Origin: an uncultured Verrucomicrobiae bacterium | Lineage (GTDB): Bacteria; Verrucomicrobiota; Verrucomicrobiia; Chthoniobacterales; JAFAMB01 | DNA: 64,000 nucleotides | Direction of reading: 5' to 3' | NCBI GenBank assembly: GCA_963789065.1 | Contig: CAWBKA010000014.1 | Location: 114,171 to 178,170 of the forward strand | Part shown: positions 53,857-63,595 of the stretch, piece after piece | Position numbering within the stretch: position 1 is the first letter of the stretch | How the letters are laid out: each line of letters begins with the position of its first letter | Made by a program: the position numbers and the translations under genes | Notes under the pieces: generated by a model | Told to the model about the DNA's origin: nothing | What the model saw: the letters and a program-made list of their open reading frames with translations, nothing else | Databases searched by the model: none

Positions 53857-54123
53857 TACTAATAACACTTTCATCATCTCCCTCCCCGGTAAGTAATCAA
53901 AACGTCCGCCAACGCCCGTGGAGGCTCCTGGGAAAGGCGGTCTAGCATTGGGCTTGAGGACGCCCTCTCTCTGTGTGCGAAAGGCCGCGACCCCACTAAG
54001 TGTCGCCCCGAAGACGAAGCACCCAGATACGGTCGCGGCCAGATTGTCGCTTGGCTACGCGCTGCCTAAAAAGCTGGCTACCTTTCTTTCAGCGTGAGGC
54101 GATTCCGATCGTCTCGATCATGT

Positions 54124-55227
54124 CTATTTTACTGGAGCCAGCAGGAAAGCGTGCGGCTGCCCGTTGAATGTACCGTTACCACAAATCAGGCCAGCGTCAT
54201 TGATGCCAGTGGCATTGGACAATGTCCAACCCGTGGCAGAGTCTAGGAGGTTGTTGAGATCCAACATTTTTCCGTCATCGTAGAGAAAAGCGTGTTCCGT
54301 CGTGGTGCCGACGGTAAAGGAATAACCGACTATCTGGCCTCTATTGTTAATGCTATCAGCGACGCTGCAGGCACCGCCTAAAGTGCCAAGATCCTGCGTG
54401 TGTCCGCCACTGTACAAAAAAGCGTGATATGGGAAGATGCCCGTGGTAGCGAACTGACCGACGATCTTGCCGTGGTCGTTAATGGCATTAGCTTGGCTGA
54501 ACTGACCACTGAGGGAGCCAATATCGCGCATCTGGCGGTCTTGGTAGAAAAAGGCGTGTCTAATTCCGGAAACCGTGTCGGAAACGCCCACGATTTCGCC
54601 TCGGTTGTTGATACCCGTGGCTTCGCTGAAGTTACCGTAGATCCCGGCGAGGGTGCCAAGATCTTGCATTACGCCATTACTGTAGAGAAAGGCGTGTTGT
54701 TGCGGGAAATAGTACGTCAAGGAGGAGTAGCCGACGACTTGGCTCCGGTTGTTAATGGCCATCGCATAGCTGGTGGCATCCGAGGTGAGGACGGGCCTTC
54801 CCTGAAAAGGTTGGTTTGGGTCACCGACGAGGATGCCAAGATCTTGCATTAGGCCATCGCTATAGAGAAATGCGCGTGTCTCGAAAGGGTTCCAGGATGT
54901 GCCGGCGACTTGGCCATGGTTGTTGATGGCCTGAGCATAGCTGCCAGAATCGATGACGCGTAAAATACCAAGGTCCTCCATCTGGCCATCGGTGTAGATG
55001 AAGGCGTGGCGGCCGAAGGGGAAGAATTGAGACACGCCGACGACTTGACCGCGCTCGTTGAGGCCATTCGCTACACTAGAGCCAAGATCGGTGACGGTGA
55101 AACGGCTCCGCGCCTGTGCCGCGTTCAATAACGATTGACAGGCGAATGTTAACGTGAGCACTAAGGCCAATATCCTGGATGAAGTGTATAGACCAGTCCA
55201 GGTCAGTGTTAGTTGGTATTTGAGCAT
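54124..55227 (-). CDS. Secreted HAF-repeat (DUF3466-like beta-propeller) protein
   Basis: Repeated A.AINN.GQ.VG ... HAFLYS.G.MQDLG units; signal peptide. Confidence 0.92.
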   Translation of the reverse strand: MLKYQLTLTWTGLYTSSRILALVLTLTFACQSLLNAAQARSRFTVTDLGSSVANGLNERGQVVGVSQFFPFGRHAFIYTDGQMEDLGILRVIDSGSYAQAINNHGQVAGTSWNPFETRAFLYSDGLMQDLGILVGDPNQPFQGRPVLTSDATSYAMAINNRSQVVGYSSLTYYFPQQHAFLYSNGVMQDLGTLAGIYGNFSEATGINNRGEIVGVSDTVSGIRHAFFYQDRQMRDIGSLSGQFSQANAINDHGKIVGQFATTGIFPYHAFLYSGGHTQDLGTLGGACSVADSINNRGQIVGYSFTVGTTTEHAFLYDDGKMLDLNNLLDSATGWTLSNATGINDAGLICGNGTFNGQPHAFLLAPVK

Positions 55228-55654
55228 AATCTGCCTCTTTCAAGAATGCATATGATGTTGAATTTAAATTCTTTCTTGCCTTCCCTGGAAAACGCAGTCC
55301 TGCCCGAGCGAGAACCCTTCAAACTATTGGACGGTTCTTCTCAAGCGGGGTTTAGCCCTTAAGTAACGAGACTCATAATCTCCATATCCACGATACGTTT
55401 ACCTAAATAATGTTGCCAACGTCGAGAATGCGTGCGAATCCCTTACGTGCTATTTCAGACGCATTTGAGGCAATGCTTCCCAAGAGCGATGTCCTCTGGT
55501 AGTCGACTCTGGTCTGTAGCAGCGCTAGACAGGAACCGAGGCGCGTCTAGCCTAAACTTCGTTGGGCCACCGTGAGGATGGGCGAAGAGACGCCGAAAGT
55601 TGCGGGAAAGTTTCCCCGGCAATCCGGGATTTCTGGAATAGGTGTTGAGTTGAA

Positions 55655-55804
55655 CTAATAGCTCACAGCGCCTGATCCGGGGACTTTCGAGTAGTGGGAT
55701 TCATGGGATGGCCCTTGCCCTTGGTCAACGTCGGAGCACGAACAGAGTAGCAGGGAGGCGATGGTCAGGAAAATTACTGCAGAAAATATTGCCATTTTTC
55801 TCAT
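55655..55804 (-). CDS. Small putative lipoprotein (49 aa)
   Basis: Basic N-terminus, hydrophobic stretch and LLCSC lipobox-like motif. Confidence 0.45.
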   Translation of the reverse strand: MRKMAIFSAVIFLTIASLLLCSCSDVDQGQGPSHESHYSKVPGSGAVSY

Positions 55805-55947
55805 AGGGGGTCTTTGCCGGTCACTTCCCAGATTTACAGACGTAGCATAAGTTTTCAACAAAGTGATTCTCTCCGGAGTTTGGCGTTAATGTACGAGCGG
55901 ACCGACTGTGGCAGTGACCTTGGGCTGAAGCACGCTCAGGTGCAACT

Positions 55948-55992
55948 TGCACCCGGCAGGGCTCGAACCTGCAACCCAGTGATCCGAAGTCA
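55948..55992 (-). other. 3' half of a tRNA (Arg-TCG-like), probable att-site remnant
   Basis: Minus strand TGA-CTTCGGA-TCA..GCAGG-TTCGAGC-CCTGC-CGGGTGC-A gives anticodon loop, T arm and acceptor 3' strand; no 5' half. Confidence 0.65.
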
Positions 55993-56097
55993 TTGGGAGA
56001 GGCAGATTAATACAGCCCAAGCCGGAAGGTGACAAAATAGATCACAGATTCCTGGCGCCAATGCGGGAGTTTTCCTCTGTGGATTGTCGATGGGACT

Positions 56098-56850
56098 TCA
56101 GTAATCGTATTCGGTGAGGAGTTTGCCGTTGGCGTCGGTCACGTCTCTGAGCGACCCCAGATGGTCCGTGCCAAGATAGTAGTGGCTGGTGCCTGTGGTC
56201 TGCCCGAAAGACCAATAATTGTCGGTCCCGTCAGAGACGATTTTGCCGCCCAGCCACAATAGCTTGTTATCCGCAATCACGGTTCCCGAAGCATTCTTGA
56301 GAACCTCCTCCTTCCTGAGACCAAGAGGGTCGTAAGAAATCGACAGGGTTGATCCATCAGGCCAAGTCACGGTACTCAGGCGATCCAGTGGATCGTAGGT
56401 GTAGGTATGCCCTGGATCGGTAAGGGTGTTTCCATCGGCATCGTAGGAGAGCTTCGTTGTCCCTCCGGAGGGAATAGTGACGGTCCAGCGCTGGGTGCCA
56501 ACGTTACCGTCACCGTCCTTTGCGGTCACGCTGATGGGGTTTTGACCTGAGCGGACGGGGATTTGTGCGGAAAAGGAATTGTTCGGGAGGTTTTTGGCGC
56601 TGACGCCGTTTACGGAGACCGTACTTGGCCTGGTGTTCCCGAACACGGTGAGTGGTCCCTGGCCAGTGGTGATCTGGGTCAGTTGATTGAGCCAGTTTGC
56701 CTGAGCGCTGGCGACGGTCAAGTCTGACTGAAAGCCGGTCCTGTTCCCGGCCTTATCGTAACTGTATCCGTACCGGTTCTGGGTACCAGACGAACCTTTG
56801 GTGATTTGGACCAAAGAACTGACCATCTCGTGATCTCTGACATCGGCAGT
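56098..56850 (-). pseudogene. RHS-repeat protein fragment with an inserted Ig-like segment
   Basis: YSYDKAGNR, YDADGN, YTYDPLDRL and YYLGTDHLGSLRDVTD...YDY; ends before the PxG-DPxG core end. Confidence 0.85.
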
Positions 56851-57274
56851 CTGGAGTTTGGCCATATGGTTCCTTGCGTCCCGCATTTCCTCCATCTTTC
56901 ATCTTTCACAGGTTGGCCTGCAGAAAGGAAGATAGGAAATTCTGGACACGGAGATCACGGAGGAAATTTAAGTTGTAGATCAAAGGCGTGAGTTGGTTTT
57001 CAGCCGTGCCTGGCCATAAATCACTCGAACAACCCAAAACAAACTCTAATAACTAACTCTAATAAAACCCTCTGAACCTCCGTGCCCACCGTGCCCTCCG
57101 TGCGAGCCATTCCCCTTCCGGCTAAGCCGTTTTTGGATCCGATCTCTTTTCGTGTCCGCCCGGCGCGGCCTTCTCAAAAATGTCCAAACTCCAGTGCTCT
57201 GCTCTTGCAGAGCCCAAAGCGGCGTTTGTTTCCGAGATCATTGTCTGCCCAGCCAAAAAGAGTGAACCCTAATT

Positions 57275-57379
57275 AGTTCCTCAGAACGCCTGCGGGTTCT
57301 TTTTGCGACAAGAAACCATTTGGTTCCTTAGGAGTTCCCCAGAACGCCTGCGGGTTCTCAATGCGACAAGAAACCATTT
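57275..57379 (+). repeat. Two 47-bp direct repeats (58-bp period), each with an AGAAC..GTTCT hairpin
   Basis: 57275-57321 and 57333-57379. Confidence 0.9.
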
Positions 57380-57552
57380 CCTCTCTTCCGCAGGCCATTT
57401 ATGGTTTAGTGACGGCTTACTTTCTTAGGCCAACCTGATCTGGTTTCTTAAGAGCTAGCTAGCTTAGCTTAGCTAGCTAGTTGATGCCGTCGGCCTCAAA
57501 GCTGCCTGAAATCAAACGAGAATAAAATTCCCCTCACGCTTCGCATAGCGGG

Positions 57553-57960
57553 CTAACGCGGAGAAGTAAGAGCTCGGTCTCGCGCAGTTCTCAAGAGATT
57601 TTGACCTGCATCACGACCAGCCATTCGAAACGCCCTCGGACTCGAATCGACCTCATGTTCTTCCAAGCCAATCACAATCACCCGAATGTCGATCAATGGC
57701 GAAGACTCAGCCAATAATATAACGTCAAGCAGTCCCATAATTGCAGCATCCAAATAAGTTGACTGTTTGGTGCTCATGTTTTGTGAGATCTCGAATCGGA
57801 CATCAAATCCGTCGGATGGTTCGATACGCATTCTCACTTTGGCATATTCCCAACGCGGACCCAGGTGCGCATCACGCAATCCATCCACCTCAACTGGCTC
57901 CTTTAGTTTAGCGGAAGGTTTTTTGATAATGGAGGTCGCCCATTCTTCCAAGTAATTCAT
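57553..57960 (-). CDS. Stand-alone EF-G domain IV-like (ribosomal S5 domain 2-type) protein
   Basis: YAKVRMRIEP..., PLIDIRVIV and HEVDSSPRAFRMAGRDA resemble EF-G domain IV (PVVDVKV..., HDVDSSEMAFK.AA). Confidence 0.75.
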   Translation of the reverse strand: MNYLEEWATSIIKKPSAKLKEPVEVDGLRDAHLGPRWEYAKVRMRIEPSDGFDVRFEISQNMSTKQSTYLDAAIMGLLDVILLAESSPLIDIRVIVIGLEEHEVDSSPRAFRMAGRDAGQNLLRTARDRALTSPR

Positions 57961-58281
57961 AGACAAGCTCAGTATCCTGGGTTGAACAGCTTGATTGCTT
58001 CGGGACTGCAGATGAACCCTCGGCAGATTGGACTGGACAAACAACCTGAGGCGGTAGGCGACCTTTTTCGAAAGAGCCAGGCCCGAGAATGTGCTTTATT
58101 CCCTGCGGCACACGCGGCAAGACGCGGCAATGCCAGAGTTGATAAATGAAAGCTTGGATATGGTGAGCCACGATGCGAAATGAGTTTTCCGGATTGATCT
58201 TTGAAAAGAAGCGAACCAATACTGTTCCCTTCTTTTTGTGTCCGCTGGCCATCCAAGATCGAACCCATTGAGTTAAAGGCC

Positions 58282-58887
58282 ATGAGATTGCTGAAATTGT
58301 CATTGTTCAACCTGCTCTTCGTGGTTGCCGCTTCGGCCCAGAATGCTCAACCGAGTCCAACTCGATCGCTGGCGCAACCAACGCCAACGCCTCAGGAACA
58401 AGGGTCGTCGGTACCGGGCGCCTCGCCGGTCCCGGAGGCTCAGGGCCTGCCGGAGATTTTGCCCGAATCGACTCTTCCCGCGCAACCGGTCCTGAGTCCA
58501 CTTCCATTTGATCTGATACCGCAAGGGACCAAACCAGTGCTCCCAGGGCTTCCCGCCCTCAACCCTGCTTCCGCTGAGCAGCAAGAGAAGGACAAAGTGC
58601 GTTTTCGCCAACTTCGGACGATTGCCCAGCGCAACCCGTTTGCGATATACCTGCTGCGCCGGGCCAGGCTTGAAAGGACCGACGAGGGCGAACGCGAGTT
58701 TTTGCGCCTTTACTACATCACCATGTGTGACGAAATGCGGAAATTGGAGCCTCGGCTCAAAGCAATGATCGATGGCTTCCAAAATGCCAAGGTCTCGCTG
58801 GTCTCGCAATGGAACATACGGACCACGATACCTTTAAGAGACATTCGCCGCTTTGACGCCGCGCAGGCGGCTAAAAGCGGCCAATGA
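58282..58887 (+). CDS. Hypothetical secreted protein with Pro-rich linker
   Basis: Signal peptide, Pro-rich region and helical C-terminal domain. Confidence 0.75.
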   Translation: MRLLKLSLFNLLFVVAASAQNAQPSPTRSLAQPTPTPQEQGSSVPGASPVPEAQGLPEILPESTLPAQPVLSPLPFDLIPQGTKPVLPGLPALNPASAEQQEKDKVRFRQLRTIAQRNPFAIYLLRRARLERTDEGEREFLRLYYITMCDEMRKLEPRLKAMIDGFQNAKVSLVSQWNIRTTIPLRDIRRFDAAQAAKSGQ

Positions 58888-58940
58888 CTCTTATCCAGCT
58901 TGAGTTCGGTCTCAGCAGTTGTAGTCTGTCGTCCTAGTTT

Positions 58941-59016
58941 GGCGCGTTCGTCTAGTCGGTTAGGACACGGCCCTCTCAAGGCCGGTGCACGGGTTCGAGT
59001 CCCGTACGCGCTGCCA
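58941..59016 (+). tRNA. tRNA-Glu(CTC)
   Basis: Anticodon arm CGGCC-CTCTCAA-GGCCG; GTTCGAGTC; CCA end. Confidence 0.96.
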
Positions 59017-59204
59017 GTCGCTTAGCGGGTGTCGAGAGCGGCACACTTCCCCTCGGGAAACAGCTCCCAGAGCGGTTTGGTGCGTAATAAAAGTCCGAGA
59101 GACTAGGGCCAAAACAAGCCGAAAAACCTATCCAGCGTAGAGGCCAAAAAGAGACGAAAAGGCCACGAAAACCTTGAAAAAGAGCAACAGAGAGCAACAT
59201 ACTG

Positions 59205-60425
59205 TTGCTTGTGGAAGCACATTGGTATGAGCCAAGAAAATGTTATCGTGTGTGGATACCCGTGAGATTATCGGAAAGCGGGAAACGCTACCGACGATTT
59301 TTTGAAACGAAAGAGCAGGCGCAGAAGTTCATATTTGAGACGAAGCGAAACGGTTCTATTGAACTTGCGGACCTAGCGGTCGAGGAAAAGCATGTCCTAG
59401 GCGTGATCCGGCAATCTCAGAAGTATGAACCTAGACTCCTCCTGGAAGCGTGGAGGCGCTTTGAAAGCGAAGGATCGGGCAATGGGGCAAATCTCACGGT
59501 GCAGCAGCTCTGCGAGAAGTTTTTCGCTCGACAAATAGCCGAGCGCCGCTCTGCCCAGACGCTTGCAGATGATCGCTGGCGACTCAATACATTTTCCAGA
59601 AAGGCGGGCCAGGAAAAAGCGGAAGCCGTTGCTGGCGACTGAATGCGTTTTCCAGAGAGGTGGGCCGAGCAAGAGCCGCAGCCGTGAAGCGCTCGGATAT
59701 CCTGGGGTATCTTGAAGCGATTCCGCCAGGCACGAATCGGCGATCGCATTATAAGACCTTGAGGAAGCTGTGGCGCTGGGCTTTCGATCTCGGGCATGTC
59801 GAACATGATCCCATGGCCCGGCTGAAGCCGCTCGACGCCTGGGGAGTCAACAACGAAGTGCTGAGCGTAGAATTGTTCCAACGCTTCTTGCGAGTGACAC
59901 GAGGCCTAGAAGGACCCAGGGAAGGTGTAGAGGTGAGCGGCAAATATAAACCCCTGCTGCCGTATTTCGTCTTGGGAGGCCTCCAAGGGTTACGAACCTG
60001 CGAGATGGTGAGAGAACGCGCAGATTATCCGGTCATTGAGTGGCGGGATTTTTTGTGGAACAAGAAACTGCTGGTCGTCCGCGACGAAGTGGCTAAGCAG
60101 ACACGGGCGCGTGACAGGCTAAGGTATGTCCCGCTGGAACCGGCCTCCGTCAAGCTGTTGCGGTCCCTTACTGGTGACGGCCCAGTGATTCAGATTGCCA
60201 GGCGTGCTGTTCCAGAGCCTCCGTCGCGAGCTCTGCAAGGAGATGAGAGTCCGGTGGCCTGAAAACTGTTTGCGGAACAGCTACGCCACCTACGCGCAAA
60301 CATTTCGAAGTTCCGGAGACGTGGCAAGGGCAATGGGTGATTCGGAAGGGACCGTGAAACGGTTTTATGTGCAGACACTGGAGCCCGGGGTCGGAAAGAA
60401 TTGGTTCAACCTTCTGGGGGACTAG
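59205..60425 (+). pseudogene. Tyrosine recombinase/integrase next to tRNA-Glu; disrupted by a 56-bp duplication and a second shift near 60205
   Basis: Arm-binding RRFFETKEQA, GLRTCE (Arg), AKQ, CLRNSYATY, MGDS and KRFY (Tyr). Confidence 0.88.
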
Positions 60426-60499
60426 CGAAAGGGAGGTATCGATAAACCGCGTTCCGAGATGACATCGCCTCGCGCGGCCCACTCCTCGATCTCCGCAGG

Positions 60500-60825
60500 C
60501 AGGCCGATCATTTCATGGATCAGTTGCTTCTCTTTGCCAGGAGCACTCTTGGGTATTTTATCCAATTTTATCCAGGATATTGGCGGTCTTATGAACCCAG
60601 CAACGCTGCTAGACTGGGCCATATTTTCTCCTGCAACTGCAAAGCGATCCATCACCGACGGCCAGTTTGGGCACGGCCGATAGGCCCAGGCGTTTGAGCT
60701 GCCCAAGCAGTTCACGCCAGTATTGGGTGTTTTCGCTATAGCCGTCGACCACCGCTAACAATTCTTTGGTGCCATCTTCAGTGGCTCCGATCAAGACCAG
60801 CACACGGGTTCGCTCTTCGTCATTT
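60500..60825 (-). mobile_element. IS256 (Mutator-family) transposase remnant
   Basis: VLVLIGATEDGTKELLAVVDGYSE..W..LL..LK..GL...PKLAVGDG, then QRCWVHKTANILDK in another frame. Confidence 0.85.
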
Positions 60826-61022
60826 TTTTTTGGCACAGGTCTCCGACGCTAGCAAGGAAAGCTGTATCGGATATCTAAAATTTTGCTTATTTTTCCTTCT
60901 TCCGAGGCAACGTGCGGTCACGCCTTTTCCGGAATTCGTCCAGATCAAATTCCTTTTGAAGTATTTGTTTCCGCAAGAGTTCGACCCCGTAGATCAAGCC
61001 AGGGCTCGGAGACTCACTTCCC

Positions 61023-61439
61023 TCAGCTCGATTGAGCGTTTGTGCATGCACACCGAGAAAGCACCGCTAAATCCTTTTGCCACAGCCCCACTGACCGTCG
61101 CCAACGGCGTATATCCGCGCCTGTGCTCATCTTCCCATGCCAATCGATGACATACTCTGCCCCAGGTTCCTCCACTACTAGGCTCCGTTTCACCTTAGGC
61201 GGCCGACCCATACGCGGAGCAGCCTCCAGACTCGATGGAAGGTCAATTTCACCGTGTTGTAAGCGGGTCAACAACAACTCCATTGCCAGGGAAATCTTGA
61301 CTCCTAAATTCCCGGTCTGCTCGGCTCGATGAATGCTTCGCTCAGCAACTCCGATTAACTTCGCCAATTGCCGTGCGGAAATCGTCATCCGAGTCCTCCA
61401 TGCCAGTAAGTCCTTCCCTGTTTTAACGCGCCGAATCAT
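61023..61439 (-). CDS. Protein with tandem XRE-like HTH modules (second one truncated or frameshifted)
   Basis: TGKDLLAWRTRMTISARQLA and TGADIRRWRRSVGLWQKDLA repeats. Confidence 0.65.
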   Translation of the reverse strand: MIRRVKTGKDLLAWRTRMTISARQLAKLIGVAERSIHRAEQTGNLGVKISLAMELLLTRLQHGEIDLPSSLEAAPRMGRPPKVKRSLVVEEPGAEYVIDWHGKMSTGADIRRWRRSVGLWQKDLAVLSRCACTNAQSS

Positions 61440-61747
61440 TCCACGCCGGTATTGTCACGAAAAGCCAAAAGTGAAGATCCAAGATTGCGTGGGGCGTGAC
61501 TGTGTAATGTGAAAGACTCCATAAAATACGAGCCGGACATTATAAATGACCTGGTTGTCTGTGGTTTCTGCCGGAACGCCTTTGCGGCGCTTCGGTCCCA
61601 GTGCTGAATCTAATGCTTTTAGTTTCAGCGAGCACAAGCCAAAATCCTCCTTTTCTATAGCTTATTCATCGTAAATTGTTTTGACCAATAAGGAACCCCA
61701 TCCCGCAAAGGTGAGCGGGTGTTTCCTCGGGTCCAGCCCAAGGCGTC

Positions 61748-62915
61748 TAGTCTGCTGTCTCTTAAATAATAGTGACACTTTCGCTTTCTCCAAGGGCTAC
61801 TTTCCAGGCTCGTTCGATCTTCGCCAGAATCTCCTCTCCTTTGGCTTTCCAGACGTAACGCTTGGGATTGAGGTTGTGCTGAGCGAGGTATTGCATAATA
61901 GCGTCAACCAGTTGGCGCACGCTGCCGAAACTGCCGGGTAGGATCGCCTGCTGGCTCAAGTCTCGGAAGAAGCGTTCGACTAGGTTCATCCAGGATGAGC
62001 CCGTGGGCGTAAAATGCAGTTCGAAGCGCGGATGACGCGCCAGCCAGCGCTTGACGACCGGATGCTTATGGGTGGAGTAATTATCCAGAATGATGTGGAT
62101 GCGCTGGCTCAAAGGAATTTCGCGGTCGATTTGCTTGAGAAATTCCAGCCACTGGCGGTGGGTGTGTTTCTGGGCGGTGTGAGCGATGACTTTGCCCTCC
62201 AAGTAATCCAGCGCGGCAAAGAGGGTGACGGTGCCGTTGCGATAGTAATCATGGGTTTGAGTGCGGATATGCCCTTTGCCCAGAGGCAGACCCGGTTGAC
62301 TGCGCTGCAGTGCCTGGATCTGGCTCTTCTCGTCGCAACAGAGCACCACTGCTTGCTCTGGAGGATTGAGGTAAAGACCGATGACATCCCAAAATTTCGC
62401 CTCAAAATCCGGATCGCTGGAAAGCTTAAAGACACGCGTCAGGTGTGGCTTGATTTCGTTTTCACTCCAGACTCGCTGCACGGTCGCTTTGGAGACACCC
62501 AACTCGCGAGCCATCGCGCGGCAAGTCCATCGTACCCGGCCTTGCGGTGGCCGGGTGGCTTGATCGACGATCTGGCGCGACACTTCCGTGCGGATATTGC
62601 CTTTGCGGCCCGAGCGGGGCGCGTCCTGCAGCGCCCCAATCCCCCCTCGGAGATAGCGCCGTCTCCACTTCGCGACCTGGTTATAGTGCATGCCGACGCG
62701 CCCTCCGATCGCCCGGACTCCCATACCTTGAGCCGCTAACTGTACGACTCGCGCTCTCTGCGCCAACCCCTGCGGGGTGCTCTGGGCGCGAATTAACTGC
62801 TGTAACTGCGATTCTTCAGCCGAACTCAGCACGAATTTTCCACCCTGGTTAGGCATTCGGACATGCCAACATATTTCGTTCGCAATGTCACTATTATTTA
62901 AGAGACACTAGACTA
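61748..62915 (-). mobile_element. IS630-family insertion sequence
   Basis: Perfect 22-bp inverted repeat core TGTCTCTTAAATAATAGTGACA (61756-61777 / 62886-62907), extending outwards to CTAG at both ends. Confidence 0.93.
61762..62856 (-). CDS. IS630 transposase (intact)
   Basis: HTH, CCDEKSQIQAL, ILDNYSTH and SSWMNLVERFF (DDE). Confidence 0.96.
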   Translation of the reverse strand: MPNQGGKFVLSSAEESQLQQLIRAQSTPQGLAQRARVVQLAAQGMGVRAIGGRVGMHYNQVAKWRRRYLRGGIGALQDAPRSGRKGNIRTEVSRQIVDQATRPPQGRVRWTCRAMARELGVSKATVQRVWSENEIKPHLTRVFKLSSDPDFEAKFWDVIGLYLNPPEQAVVLCCDEKSQIQALQRSQPGLPLGKGHIRTQTHDYYRNGTVTLFAALDYLEGKVIAHTAQKHTHRQWLEFLKQIDREIPLSQRIHIILDNYSTHKHPVVKRWLARHPRFELHFTPTGSSWMNLVERFFRDLSQQAILPGSFGSVRQLVDAIMQYLAQHNLNPKRYVWKAKGEEILAKIERAWKVALGESESVTII

Positions 62916-63241
62916 GGTCCAGGCTTTTCGGATCCTCAGGCGACCAATCCGGATGCTTGTGTCGCGCAGGCCCAATGAAGAAATCCCAGTCGCTTTCACT
63001 AGAGAGACAGACCAAAGACCGATGCGCTAAACAAACATCATGGTGAGGCCAGTGCCACGAAGAATGCCCCTGTTCTTGTTCGATGCGCGCGAGAGCCACC
63101 TTCGCGTGCACACCTCCTATGACTACAAAAAGCTCAGAGTAGGGCTCATACTTAGACCACCCAGAACGGAGGGCTGTGGATCCTCCGGCTGATGCGCTTC
63201 ACATCCTTCCATCGCGTTCTACGATACTTTTTCCAGTTCCG

Positions 63242-63595
63242 TTAATATTGGAGAAAGATATCATCGTAAGTGGTCGGCAATCTGTGGGAATTCCGCGTTG
63301 GCCGCACCTTGAAGGTGACGCCGTGATTTTCGATGACTTCCTTGATTGTGGTGGTTGCACAATTCGCCCGCCGCTCATTTGTCGTTCTTGGGTGTCTGAA
63401 GCATCTGCCATTCTTCCACCGGCTAACCCATGGAACTGGCTCCTGGCGATGCCGGTAGAATTGGACGGCTCCAGTTTTCGTGCCTTTTCGCAAGTCGATA
63501 AAGGCATCGTCACGATAGAGCCACAAACACTTCAAGACGATCAGCAGCTCGCCCCGTTTTAGAGCGTCGCTATTGGTCAGTTTTTTAATGTACAT
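63242..63595 (-). CDS. Hypothetical basic protein (island cargo)
   Basis: 117-aa ORF preceded by AAGGA RBS; no recognised motif. Confidence 0.45.
   Translation of the reverse strand: MYIKKLTNSDALKRGELLIVLKCLWLYRDDAFIDLRKGTKTGAVQFYRHRQEPVPWVSRWKNGRCFRHPRTTNERRANCATTTIKEVIENHGVTFKVRPTRNSHRLPTTYDDIFLQY

Noticed and set aside
61683..61731. Hairpin beside the IS630 end as a possible ncRNA
   Set aside because: A single stem-loop with no recognisable family motif; insufficient evidence.
62014..62739. 241-aa plus-strand ORF inside IS630 and other long antisense ORFs (for example 18661-19326 and 44737-45648)
   Set aside because: Antisense shadows of well-supported genes.
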